NCBI GenBank assembly: GCA_030704615.1
Contig: CM060732.1
Span: 14,694,001 to 14,758,000, forward strand
Direction of reading: 5' to 3'
DNA length: 64,000 bases
Source of the DNA: Takakia lepidozioides
Lineage: Eukaryota; Plantae; Bryophyta
How positions within the stretch are numbered: the stretch's first letter is position 1; each line of letters starts with the position of its first letter. A program made the position numbers and the translations under genes. This document shows positions 44,967 to 58,030 of this stretch, in pieces. The notes beneath the pieces were generated by a model, which had not been told where the DNA came from, ran no database searches, and saw only the letters and a list, made by a program, of their open reading frames with translations.

Positions 44967-47900
44967 ATGCAAAGTGTGGCGGATGAGGTCCCTCAGGGTC
45001 AGGGGAAGGAGACCAAAGATGATGTTGACGATGAGTTTTATGAAAGCAAAGCCGCTGAGATGCTGGGGGGTCAAAAGGTGAACTCTCAGCTTGTGGTTCA
45101 AAGTATGCTTGCTCCTGGTGGGAGGTTGAAGATTCCCCTGTGTAGGTTGGTTTCCATGCCCGTCGTTCGTCCACCCCTTGTCAAAGACATTCTCAAGCTG
45201 GAGGCCGAGTTTGTTCATGGGTATTTGGATGGATCCGCGGTCTTTTACGTTTCTACTAGGGATTCAAGAGGTAACGAGCTCCTTGTTGATGAGTCAATCG
45301 TCGACTCCTGGGACCCCATTTGGAGACAGGTGAACGAATCCTTCGAACTTCTTCTCTCCAGAAAACCTTCCACCCAGGTATTCTCGGGGAAGATGTTTCA
45401 CGTTTGGGATGGCAACCACCGGTTGCTTGCATGGATGGCTGTCATTGGGAGGCTGCACTCACAGGAGGAAGAGTGGCATTACTCTGTTCGATCGATGGTG
45501 CTTGATTGTGACGACAACATGATGGGTCTTCTGACGGCAATGAATGATGTGAACAGGTTGGTTTCTCATTGTACACGTTGCACTTCTGGTTCCGTTCTTC
45601 CTTGATTGAAGTCCTTGAATTACATTCTGAAATTCAGATATCATTCTGCAGAGGGACGGAGACATCGCATGTCAAAACGAGTCTGGTTCACACACTGTAT
45701 AGGATACAAAGGATCGGGCAGATGCCCTTGACCAACTTCAAGACCATCCTTTCGGCAGAGATGTATAAGAAATGCGAAAGCTCCAAGACTTCGGAAACAT
45801 GGTACTCGTTGACCCGTGAGGCTTTCATGGAGTACATGTACACGGTGAGATACATCTTCCTTCATCTGGCCTTTCCATATTCCTGCTTCCACATGTTTGT
45901 TTCTCTCTGTCTCCCTTGACCTTGGATTGATGCAACTCTCTTGCATTCCCTTGCAGCAAGACATTGCAGATGCAGGGGAGCGTGGCAAACTGGAATACTA
46001 CAGCTCTACCCCTGAGGAGAGAAGGACAGCAAAGGGAGTTGAAAGTCACATCCAGAAGGAGATGAACGCTACAAGAAGGACAATAATGAGTGCTTTTGTG
46101 AAGCAGTTGAGAATGGCCGACCCATCATTCGGGCCGCAGTTTCTGCTGGAGATAAAAAACCATTATAACAAGCCAGGCAAGCCGGAGATGGCCCAGGAGA
46201 AGTTGCACAGGTTGTCTACCGCCGTCGTGTCTTCTGAACAGAAGGTGAAGTGGCTGCAGATATGGAACTCCGATCCCACAGTTAGGGATACCCACATGTT
46301 CCCAAGGCCAGAGAAGGAGAAGAAGACCCAGCGTGTCGTTCCTGTCAGTGACAATGTGCTGGACAACTGGCTTCACAAGGCCACTTACTGGAGCCAGGTG
46401 TGATGTCCTCTCGTATCTCACTTTCTTTTCTCTTTTCCTGTCCTTCTCTTCCCATTGCCTCTTACATTCGCTGTGACTGTTTTTGGGTTCATTCTTCCAT
46501 TTCAATTTTTTTGCAGTTGGAAGAAAGGGCCCGATCGGTTCTGCATACTCAGCTGGCTGACTATGGCATCACTATGACAGCTCCGAAGGTCTCCTTCGAA
46601 GCATACATGAGGAAATGGAGAGCCACAGTGTGGCACTCTGGTTTCTTTAGAGAGTTCAGCAAGGAGGGTGGCATCAGTCGAACAAATGAGCTTGACCAGC
46701 AGGAAAAAGGAGAGGAAGCCTGGAAACGATGCCTTTACAGGTGCACACCCTTGCACTCTTTGCTTGTGTTGTGGTTGCAATGTGTTGTGTGGCATACTGT
46801 TTAAGGGGGTCTTCCTGGTGTGTTGAAAAAGCTGGGACACAATATGTGCATTGGATAATGAGGCTGTGTCTGTTCGTGCAGGTACATTAAGTTTGTTCTC
46901 CTGGAAGAGAATTGCTTGGACAAACATCCAGATTTCGTGGACCTTTGGCTTGTCCCTGCTGGCAACCAGACCATGTTCACTGCTGGGATCTTGCATGACT
47001 GGGGTCCGGACCATCTTTCTTCTTGTGGTTGGTATTTGGATTGCCCTCCTTCAGAGACCCCAGCTGTAGAGTTGTCTTTGAGGAGAGAGAATGACCGTAT
47101 TGCAGCCACTGCCGCAGCAGCGGACCTCGACATTCATGAGCGTAATCTGAGGACTCTTGCAGAGAAGGAGCCTCCCGCTCAGGATACCCCGGGTAGAGGA
47201 AGAAAGGCAAAGGGAAAAGATGTTGCTGGTGTTGTGGGGACGGGAAGGGGTAGAGGGAAGGTGGCACAAGGGCAGGGAAGTGTTGCAGCTATTGGCCCTG
47301 TGGAGCATGTCCAGCAGACTCCACCGCATGGTAGGGGATCCGGGAGAAAAAACAAGGGTGTGGTTGATCCCAAGGACCCGTACCATGCAGTGGAACATCC
47401 CACGAGGGTCATTCGTCCAACCAGGTTGGAGATTGCCAACGTCGGGTTCCTTGCCATGATGGAGTCGAAGAAATCTGATTACAAGGGCGAGCCATCACCA
47501 GTGTGGGAGAGGATTGTCGAGTTCCTCAGCACGGTGCGTGTTCTCTTTGGGTTCTGTGGCTTCTGCTCTCTTTGTCTGCTGTGGGCATGGATCGTTTATA
47601 AACTTGTCAGAATTCCATTGTATTTTTGTTTGCAGGCTAAAATGACCAAATCGTGGGTGAACGGGAAGGAGAAGCCATATGCAGCGGAACTCATCATCTT
47701 GGACATCCCTGATGGGTTGGCAGTCCCGGATATCCCACCATCGGGTGCTTGTCCGGGTTGGAATGCATTTGATGAGCGCTACTGGCGGTGGGTTTTTTCC
47801 TTTTGCAACTTCTTCCTTTCCGATGCAGGTGTTTTGGTTCTCATCCAGTCCATCGATGTTCGGTGTCGCCGTGCCCTTGCCAGCTATTTGAAAGCCTCGG

Positions 47901-48696
47901 GCATGAGAGTCCTGAAGACATGGAATTGTGTGAACAGCATGTACCTTACGAAGGGGGATCGTCCGGGAGAGATGGTGAGTTTCCCTTCTTCTTCCTCTTC
48001 TTTTTTGTTCTGGGATTGTGTTGTGTAGGTCGCTCAAACTCATATGTAGGGGCCCGATTTTATTTTGGTTCTTAGTTCCTTCTGGATGTCATGTTCGCAG
48101 ACTCGTCTGTTTGAAGCTGTTTGTCTCGTCCGGGTGCATCCACCAACGACTCCGGCCGGCATTACGGAGTTTGCCATCACTCACGGGGGCAAGTTCATAG
48201 ATGACAGGACAGATCCTCCCACGGATGACATGCATCACAACTACGTCGACAGCAACGTGTGCTTGCGAAGGGGGAATGGGGTTCCTTGGAGAGGGGCGAG
48301 GGAGAGGAGCCCGGCTTTCATTCAAACGATTGTGGAGTGCTGCACCTACACAGACGCCAGAGTTCTGGATTTGTCGATGGGCACAGGTTCGTCCCTTCAA
48401 CATTCACATTTCATGAGGTTTGATTGAGCTTGCACTTTCAGCACTTTCCACCGTTCCGAATGTGTCTTCAATGTCTGCTTACTTCATTCTATTCCACTGC
48501 AGGTGCTTCGTACCACGCTTGCAAGGCCAGTGCGCGACATGTCTTTGGGATTGAAGGGGATGCTGAGATTTACAAGAACCTCCTGATGGGTTTGGGTGGA
48601 CACACTTCTCAGGTCCTTCCGAAGCCCCGTCCCGCTGATACTGGTACAGAGGAGACTTCTGACAAGGAGCTGGACTCCGACTTTGCCTGTGAGTAA
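44967..48696 (+). CDS. ParB/Srx-like domain fused to an N6A/N4C-type (beta-class-like) DNA methyltransferase domain, multi-exon, intact
   Basis: Exons ~44961-45556, 45652-45844, 45957-46397, 46517-46740, 46882-47533, 47636-47974, 48101-48386, 48503-~48696, all with in-frame GT-AG joins. ParB motif FHVWDGNHRLLAW. MTase motif IV-like LIILDIPDG precedes ERSPAFIQTIVECCTYTDARVLDLSMGTGASYHACKASARHVFGIEGD (motifs X-I-II). A further last exon (~48840-49080) is possible. Confidence 0.8.
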
Positions 48697-49484
48697 GTTG
48701 AACCTGTGCATGCTTGCATTGTTGTTTCATTATCGAGAATCGCTGTTCTTGAGGCAAAGTGCAAATGGGAGACATCCTCTTCGTTGGACTTGTGCATTGC
48801 ATCATTGTGTTAAAAATGGAATTTTGTGGACATGTGTAGGAGTCCGCGTGCTTCCACTTGCCCTCCTGGGCTATCACACCTATTTGGACTTGTTTTCAGT
48901 CCTCCTCGGTCTTGTGTGCTACCTGTCTATGCGGAGGCACTCGCAGCAAGCATGTCCGTTCATGGCACTCAGAGTCCACCTTGCGATGGCCTTCGTAGAA
49001 CACGTGGTGTTGGGGCCAGAATCTTTGTAGATGACATAGCACAGGAGGTGGACATTGATTGTGATGACTGCGACACTTGATATGAAGTATTCTTTTGGTT
49101 TAATTCTGGGACAAATTTGAAATGGGATGGTTGTGTGTCCTTATTGTCCTCTTTGCAATGTGTGCATGGAATTCACATTCATGGTTCCAAACTATTGTTG
49201 GAGATGGGGGTTGCATGGACTGCCCGGATTGTTCCTTCAATATATTTGTTGTTTTGTGGACCTCACAGACTTGAGTACATTGCAAAAACAAACAAACCAC
49301 TTTGTTCTCAATTCTCAATTCTCCCCACATCAACCCGCGGAAATAGGTGACCCCACTCGGAAAATAGGTGACATCCGCGGAAATAGGCACTGTTTGCATG
49401 CTGACGTGGCGTGAGCCTGTGCTGGGCTCACGCTTTCCTGGGCTCACAGGCTCACGCCTCCAGGCTCACGGAATAGCACCCCCC

Positions 49485-50112
49485 AAGCGACCGCCTACAT
49501 TGGCGGTCGGTTGAAGTTGATTATGTTTTAAATGAAGCGACCGCCCAGATTGGCGGTCGCTCGCACTTTATTATATTATTATTATTATATCTTTGATATA
49601 TTCTGTAAAAATACAGCGACCACCATGTGGCGGTCGCTATATATATATTTTAAATTTAGCGACCGCCATTTAGCAGCGGTCGCTTATTTTTATTTTTATT
49701 CTTAAATAAAGCGACCGCCGTTTGGCGGTCGAGTCTTCAGTTAATTTTTGAAAAATGCAGCGACCGCCATTTGGCGGCCGTCGCTATTTTTGTTAATAAA
49801 GAATACAGCGACCGCCATTTGGAAGTGGTCGCTCGATTTGATTTTGATTCTTAAATTATGCGACCGCCGTTTGGCGGTCGCTTACTTAATAATTTTTTTT
49901 AAATGAAGCGACCGCCATTTAGCGGCGGTCGCTTACTTATATTTTGAATCTTGAATTAAGCGACCGCCTACTATATAATATATATATATATATTTAAAAA
50001 CAGCGACCTCCATGTGGCGGTCGCTCTTCTTGTTTTTATAAATATAACAACCGCCATGTGGCGGTCGCGTGTTTTGTTTTTTCTTAGAAATCCAGGGACC
50101 CGCCGTGTGGCG
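49485..50112. repeat. GCGACCGCC/GGCGGTCGC mini-hairpin array 2
   Basis: More than a dozen palindromic units with AT-rich spacers. Confidence 0.92.
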
Positions 50113-50694
50113 TTTTGTTTTTAATTTTTAATCATGAAGCGGTGCCTCGGCCAGCCACGTGACGAGATGTCACGGGTCAGGAAAAACGAAACAAATGGGA
50201 TGGGGGGAGGTGGTTTTGAACCCTTGACCTCTCCCATGTGGGTGCGCGTGGCGAGGTGCGACTGGCCAGTCGCGCCGCGCTGACATGTGGCGAGGCGTCA
50301 CTGGCCTGTCGCGCCTTTTCAAGCATAATGCCATTTTTTCCGGGGGGGGCCTGGTGGGCGCCTATATAATCCATCCCCCCCTCCTTTTCTGATCACGTTT
50401 GCCTCTCTTGTGGTGCGGTTCCTTGGCATCCTATAGTCCTTTTGGACTTCGTTGCTTGGCACTGCCAACGGGAGGTGCAAAGGTGATTATTTGGGGCCGG
50501 GGGGGGAGGTTTTGTCGGTTTTCTATTGGTCAGTCCCACACACTTGTTCACGGTACAATCATCGTATCACCATTTTGCCGTTTCCGGATCTCCGGCGGCC
50601 TGTTTTTTGGCAGAAAACTACGAAGACACCATCCACACGCGTTCATTGCCGTTTTTTGAGGTTTTGGACCCTGTAGTGGGCAAAGGTTTATACA

Positions 50695-52154
50695 ATGTCG
50701 GCTGTGAATTCAAGTTTTGGGGCGGGGTCGTCTGGGGGGCGGAGGAAGAGAAAACGTGCCCACGAGCGGGATAGCCAGGTCAACAAGCCAGACTATCCGG
50801 GACCGGATGCCTTGGATAGGGTGAAAGAAGTGGTAGTGGATTATTTCAAGGGTAGGGACATGATGAGGCTGGAGAGTGCTTATGTCAGGCATGGATGGGA
50901 GGGGTTTCAGATTTTTCAGCAAAATATGGAGAGGAAAATGACAAAAGCTTTGGCAGGGGCTAAGTGGACGGCGGACAGGGACAAGCCGAAGTTCAATCGG
51001 TGGATCCAAAGCAGGGTGAAAGACGTCACGTGGAATTTGAGACAGCTAATGAGGACATGGAAGGGTAGAACAACCGAGGGTCGAGTGCCCTCCGCCGAAG
51101 CTGAGTTAATGCGGCGTGTTGAGTATTAGGCTTGCTCGGCAAGTCAGAATTCACATCGCCGGACTAGGGTTGTCCCTTGGAAGGCAGGGTCATCGGGCGG
51201 GGGAGACACAACTGGTCTTTATTACCTGAACTCTAGTGCGAAGGTGGTAGAGATTGGCCCTTACAAAGAAGGAGGGTATGCTAAGGTCCGTCACTGTACG
51301 ATTGTTGGCGATTCTAGAATACCGGAGCGTTGGGAGCTAGCGGGAAAAAAACCCAAGTCCAAAAATCCAGAAAAAACGTTGAGACAACATAACGACGAGT
51401 GTTTGGCAGTGAAGTTCCAACATCCGAGTGTTATCTCGTATTTTGCTATGAATGCACGTGAGGTAGAGGGTTACACTCGTTGGTGGAATGGGGGGACAAT
51501 ACGCGACATGATGAACCTTGACAGAAAATGGGGCAACGATTCGGACAACAGGGTGATTTTGGAACAAAGGGGAACGGAAGCAGAGTTCCAGGAATGCGAT
51601 CGCTTGCTTTGTTTCCGGAAAGTGCGTAGTAAACTTGTATGGGCACTGGTGTGCATCATGGATGTTGTCCACAAGAACGGTGTCATGCACAACGACTTGT
51701 CCCCCGACAACATCTTGTTGCATTTTCCATACGACACCGAGGAGATCAAGATTGGGGTGTGTGATTGGGGCTTAGCCACCCCATTGGGCATACACAAAGT
51801 CTCGCCGTACCAGTTTGAAAACCAAGACAAGCTGGACCGAGAACTCGCGAAAAGATGGTGGGTGAAAAAAGATATTGCATCGGTTTTCAATGCGAATGTC
51901 ACGCCCCCCCCCCCCAGGACATGACGTATGAGGCATTTGCCGTTGGGAAGATAGCGGTACGAATAAATGGCGGCGCTCATTATGATCAAAGTATGTTCCA
52001 GGACCAATTTACGGGAGGTTGTTGGCATTCAATGCTACAAAGGTTGTACGACAACAACAAGAATGAGAGAGTCACATTAGCCCGTGTAGTACTTTGGTTC
52101 ATGGGCAAGCCATTCAATTGGCCTGAGCCGAAAGACGTATATAGGACGGAGTAG
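50695..52154 (+). pseudogene. Intronless Ser/Thr protein kinase with one in-frame stop and one frameshift
   Basis: EGGYAKV, AGK, HNDLSPDNILL, VCDWGLA. ORFs 50695-51129 and 51244-51924 are in the same frame (TAG at 51127). A frameshift in the poly-C at ~51905-51915 leads into ORF 51855-52154. TATA-like cctatataat at 50361. Confidence 0.8.
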
Positions 52155-52229
52155 ACCATAGTCTCGTAGATATGAGATTTATGGCGGTACAATGGTTCTT
52201 TTATGAAGACATAACTCAATTTTGATTGT

Positions 52230-52770
52230 GCATGTAATAAATAAAGTCCCATTGTAAATACTACGTTGCATGTGCTCGACCCTGGCACCTGTCATCGCAA
52301 CATAAATGGTTTATGTAATGGCTCACTGTTTATATTTGTAATGTTCCAAGGTTTCGGATAGTTATGAGAAAACGATGTATTAGTTCCGTAGGAGTTAGAC
52401 AACAAACGTCTCATCTCATTCAACTGTGCGACACTACCATGAGAGGCATGGATCGGAAAGTAACAGGTGCACATGCGACCTCCGAATGTTTGATACTAGG
52501 TCTCTACTTAAACGTGCGGAGGTCACATGTACACCTATTATTTTTTTATTCATGTCACTCATGGTAGTGTCGCACAGTTGAATGAGATATGGAACGTTTG
52601 TTGTTTAACTCCTATGGATCCAATATATCATTTTTTCAGTACCCTGTCAGAAACATTGAAACATTCGAAGTTACAAACAGTGCCACAATACACGGCTGGT
52701 TTTGTTGAAATGACATTTGTGAGGTTCGAGCGTATGCAATTTATTATTTACAACGGAATTTTATTTACTT
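52230..52770. repeat. Long imperfect inverted repeat (foldback)
   Basis: ctcattcaactgtgcgacactaccatgag (~52415-52443) pairs with ctcatggtagtgtcgcacagttgaatgag (~52558-52586). Pairing extends outward and inward around a centre at ~52498. Confidence 0.8.
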
Positions 52771-53809
52771 GGGGGACCTGTACTGCTGTTGGAGCACAAC
52801 TGATAGTGCGAGTTCTCTATTGATTGGAGCTGTCACAACCAATATCAACAATCATATTTACGGTAAGGTGTTTTATGCTATTGTTGTTCCTCTAGATGAA
52901 TTCTGTAGTACTCTTTTTGCTATTTCCATGCCAACGTCCTCTGAGACTGTCATGTTCAAACTGACGTATCAGCCACCCCGGTCAGTTTGCAGGCTGCAGC
53001 CATGGCCCATCATAAATTGAATGAATTGGAGATTTTGTGCGAAGTTCCTGGTTTCATGTCCGTGGTGGCTGATATGGAATTCGGAATATGGCAGTCGTAG
53101 TGGACCTGATGTTGTTAGCATGGGAGTAACAAAACGATTCCTAAATAATTCAGCTACATAAACATCGGCAATATGAAACACCTTGCAGTACATATGATTC
53201 TTGAGATTGTTTGGACGGATTATTTGTGTTTGTGCTTTCAAGTGGCGAACATTTCTGCCATAGTGCGGAGGACGTGCATTGGCCACATTAAACGGTTGAT
53301 GTGATGTCATTTCACAAATGTATTACATCGCATTTGTGAAAATGTATCACATCAACCGTTCCATGTGGCCTACGGGAGTCTTCGATGGGTACGAGATCAA
53401 TGTGGCCTACGAGATCTGCTTCCACCAACAAACATGTGATTATTTCAGAAGCGCTAGAACTTTGAAGCGACGATGGACAAGGTTCTTCATCCAGATGTTC
53501 AACATGCTGAGGTCTTCTGTAATATCTCTTGCTTCGTAATGAGGTGTTTCTCCAACTCTTATTTTTCCAATGTTAATATCTTCCATCTGGAACATATCCA
53601 CACATGCGTATATAACTTAAAAAACCAAATGACCATCAAAACTGGAAGCTGGGGATGAGGCTTATAAAAGTTGAGATGGTCATTTGTTTTTGTAAGGATT
53701 TCTGCACACATATGTGGATCTGTTCCAGGTGGAGAATATTAACATATTGGATATAGTGGACATGGAGAAGCACCGCATTACGAGGCAGGAGACACTACAA
53801 AAAGAGCTT

Positions 53810-55245
53810 CAAATGGCATATCATGTAACAGGTCCCAGTATAATCGAAGACGAAACCCCATTCATTCAATGGGCGATTGAATGGTTGCCCATCCAAATGA
53901 TTTTCGTTTGCTTTCAATCTTTGCCACTATGTTCAACATACCATGTATCAGGTCCCGGACTAATATCAGATCAATCGAAATTCATTCAATGGCTCAACGG
54001 ATGGTTGGCCATCGAAATGATTTTGTTTCGCTTTGAGGCTTGGCCACTATGTTCAATGTGCCATGTAAGAGGCCCCAAAGTAATATGAGATCAATCAAAA
54101 TTCGTTCAATGGGCCAACGGATGGTTGCCCATCCAAATGATTTTCGTTCGCTTTGAAACTTGGCCAGTGTGTTCAATGTACCATCTGATATGTCCTAGTG
54201 TAATACGAGATCAATCAAAAATCGTTCAATTGTCCAATGAGACGTTCACTTGTCATCTGGTTTTGTTCAATGCGAAAAAGAAATCCTGCAATGCGTGCAC
54301 GACAATTGCACCCATTGAACGGATGTGGTTGAAGCCCCTCTTTTGACCGCATGAGCTTGAATGTGTGTGTAACACATGTGCGGAGACACAACAGACGGAA
54401 TAAATCATTTGCCTCGCCATCGACGCGCTCCCCCCTCAAGCCATTCCACAATTTAATTTAATTTAATTTAATTTTAAGCCAATAAATAGGTTTGCACTGC
54501 CTTTCAGTGGGGGTTTCTGGCACGTATCGATTTTGTTTTTGGCTCAATTTTGTTCTGCGGCTTCTAGCATCCCACGGCTACTTCCCCGCCAAAATTTGGA
54601 CCAATCAAAAATGCCCCCAAAAAAAAGTGTTTTTTTCAATCACTATTGCAGAACTCTCTATGAAGAATGCATGAAGTATAACACGAATCAAGTTTGGAAT
54701 GCAAAACAGGGAAAAAACTGTGGTTTTGGGTCCAAATGAATTTGGATCGCTCCAAAATTTGGCACACACGTTGCATATGGCTACATTACACGCCCCATTC
54801 AAAAATGGAATGAAAAAAAAAATCGTGAGCACGCGAAACATAGTCCAACAGGTCCCAAAGCAATAGTAGCTCCAACGGAATACATTCAACGGGTGAACGG
54901 ATGGTTGCCCATCCAAATCATTTTTTGTTAGCTTCCAAACTTTGCCAGCACGTTCGAGACACCCTCTTATAGGTCCCGGACTAATATCAGATCAATCGAA
55001 ATTCATTCGATGGCTCAACGGATGGTTGGCCATCGAAATGATTTTGGTTCGCTTTGAGACTTGGCCACTATGTTGAATGTGCCATGTAAGAGGCCCAAGA
55101 GTAATATGAGTTCAATCGAAATTTGTTCAATGGGCCAACGGATGGTTGCCCATCCAAATGATTTTCGTTCGCTTTGAAACTTGGCCAGTGTGGTCAATGT
55201 ACCCTCTGATACGTCCCAGTGTAATATGAGATCAATCGAAATTAT
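53810..55245. repeat. Two blocks of 120-bp tandem repeats (53810-54240 and 54880-55245)
   Basis: tcaatc.aaa at 53971, 54091 and 54211. The second block duplicates the first. Confidence 0.85.
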
Positions 55246-55690
55246 TTTGTACTTTGAGAACTTTATGGGTATGTTCGTAGAAAGATCATAGATTTTGCGA
55301 AATGATTATGAAATACGCAGGGACCAGGCGAAATTTGTTTGGAAGACGACCGTTCGTAACTCGTTATAACTTATTTGTTAACTCAATTTTCGTTGTTCTC
55401 CAGCTTTCGGAGTTCATTGCAAATACCCACATACACGTTATGACCAAATATGACACCATTGTAAATTTGTTTACAGGGTGAACTACTTCTTCCCCATCAC
55501 ACGAGTGTAAATGTGAAGAAAACGCTGCTCATGCAATTGAAATTGGCAGGTGCCGCACATGTACATTGTGTATTAACAAAATTGGTGATATACAAACTCG
55601 GCGGAATGCCATCACTGTGTTTTCCAACAATATTCAAAGTACAATAAAAATGCATATTGTATATGTACTACGCTGCCAGTCATTAAAAGC

Positions 55691-58030
55691 CTAGTTGTCA
55701 CTGTCCGAGGATGTGGAATTTGATGCTGTGGCCTGATTTGCACTGCCAATTGCCAGAGCTTGCGACCGTGATCTCGTGGTCAATGAGGGGCCCAATGGCA
55801 TGTGATCGATTATGGCCTGCATCTGCCTACTTCGCGGCGAAAGTTGACTTTCTTCTTCACTCTCACGACGTGGCGGAGGTGGATCGAGAACAAATGCTCG
55901 GGCTGCATGCAAATCGGCAACGAAACCGTCCACATCCGGCAATACAGCCCCCTAAACACGATGATAACGGTCTGTCCATAGTCGCCTCCATTTCTCTACA
56001 ACTGCCTTGATGGTACTTTTGAAACTTTCCAACTGCCTCTCGCGGGCCCTGTCCTTAAATCATTGTGTCGTTTTTACGATAAGCCGCCTCATACGCATGA
56101 TTCATTCGGCGTTGATTTATTATAGCATCTTCCAGTTCGGACAGCAACAAATGTCTCCCGATCGGTTGTCGGTCATACAATTCGTTCTCCTCCGGCACCC
56201 ATGGAACCTGTGGGAGTCGGATAAACCTGGACCTTCTTTGACTCCAATGCCCTCCCAGATTATGGCAAAACTGTTCTCTCTCCCACCAATCTCGAATGCC
56301 TCCCGCACGTATGGTTATCTCCCAATCAGATGTGACCCAGAAATACTGGGGATCTTTGATGTATGCCGGGTTTCCGGCATGTATGCCGTGCATCTCTTTG
56401 TCTACATCCCATACCAAGTTCTTGCCCCAATGCACACAATTCAGAAATGTGTATGGTAGCCCATCCAATAAGAGATTGTGTCGATTGTATTCAAAACCTA
56501 TGGGCATCCGATCCTCCAAGCCCACCAGCTCATAGAAACGGTGATGGATTGGTGTACGGCATTCTGGGCAAGCGCTCGTCCGCAAGGCTTGCAGGATAAG
56601 ACATGTGAGATGGAACATATGTCCACATGATCCAAGCACATGACATCCCTTTGGGCCGTATAGATTCCTACACATCGAACAAACTGTGTCATCTGATATC
56701 CATGATGGCAAAACGCCTCGTGATATTTCCTCCCTCTGGGTCGGTTTGATGTGGCTGGTCATCCTTGTTGTGGTGTCTCACTCTTCCTCTATCTCCAATT
56801 CCCAGTTTATGCTTCTGTTCGACCCCGAAAATCTGTGCTCACATCGATCGAACATAGAATCCACATCTGCCCATTGGTATATCCGGCGAACACGCTTGAT
56901 GCGATGCGGAGATCATTATACCTTTGCATGTTGACATAAATGCTATCCACGCTACGGTTCGACATGCGTGCGACATGTTGCAAGCCTAACAGTGCCCGCT
57001 CTACCCGTGCTTCTCTGGAGGCCAAATGGGTCGCCCATTGTACCCAATTCTCCCAATCGTTATTCAATGGGACCCATGCCTGAATCTCCAGCGTTTTGGA
57101 CAAGCGCCATGCAGTTGCCATGACAATGTCCCGCTCCTTTGTAACGCGGTCGACATCTAATATCGGGTTCATCTCCGATTGAATGGCGACCCTCGAGCAT
57201 TCCCCGGTTTTCAGTACTGGTTCTTTTCCTTTCCTCCTTCTCTCATCCGTAATTCGCTGTTTCTCAACCATAGTTTCATCGGCCACAGGGTCAAGGACGT
57301 CCGTAATTTCCTGAATGATGAGGTCAATACTACGATCGGGTATCGCAAACTCCGCTTCCATGTCCACGACGTTTGTTCGATCCTCATTGTGGACAACAGT
57401 GCCTTCATTGTTTGGAGGCATGTCTTGTAATCTAGCTTCCAACTCGGCTATGCGCAGTGTTTGTCAGTCTAGTCGGTCCTGCAGGGTCCTGATTCGCTGG
57501 TCTCTTTCCGCCAATTGTTCCTCTAACGTTGCAGCTGGTTGTATTCCGAACGTGTCCGGGATGTACTCCAAATCGTATAGCAACCTTGCGTTCCTCCTAC
57601 TAACAGTTTGTCAGTTCACTGGACGTAAGAGTATGACCTCCACATACAACATGGCTGCCAATGTGTACGGGATTTGACCCTTTAAGAGAGGTTAACCCCA
57701 CAATATGCAATGCACCTCATTCGCCCTATGTTGGAAATGCAAGTTCGTGCAAGACCTGGACTCTGCGTAATTGTTTCGGGTTTGCACGTCATGCCTATCC
57801 AAAAGCCACAATCGATTGATGTGGTACCATTTCACGAATTTTTTGCATCTCGCCATCGGCCACCAGAACTCTTCCGGAACATCTTCCCAGCCCTCTTCGG
57901 GTAGTATGCTAGGTCACCATATACTTCCCAATTCAAGTTTTGCATTTATCCTTTGATTTTCTTAGGGGGCGGTCCATGTTCATTAGGGTTATGTCTTCCA
58001 TGACGGTCATCATCCTGGCCCTCTGCCATT
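55691..58030 (-). pseudogene. Degraded RING-finger protein gene
   Basis: CSMC...CGHMFHLTC...CPEC (RING-H2-like) in ORF 56055-56762. Flanking same-strand ORFs (56807-57442 coiled-coil-like, 55691-55942) are separated by stops or frameshifts. Confidence 0.7.

Larger units (their letters stand above)
35037..49477. mobile_element. Mutator-like (MULE) DNA transposon carrying a ParB-MTase gene and an internal satellite
   Basis: MULE-type transposase. Imperfect inverted ends GCTAnnnCGTGAGCC (35037) and GGCTCACGnnnTAGC (49477), with clustered cgtgagc/gctcacg subterminal motifs. Boundaries uncertain, no TSD seen. Confidence 0.65.
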
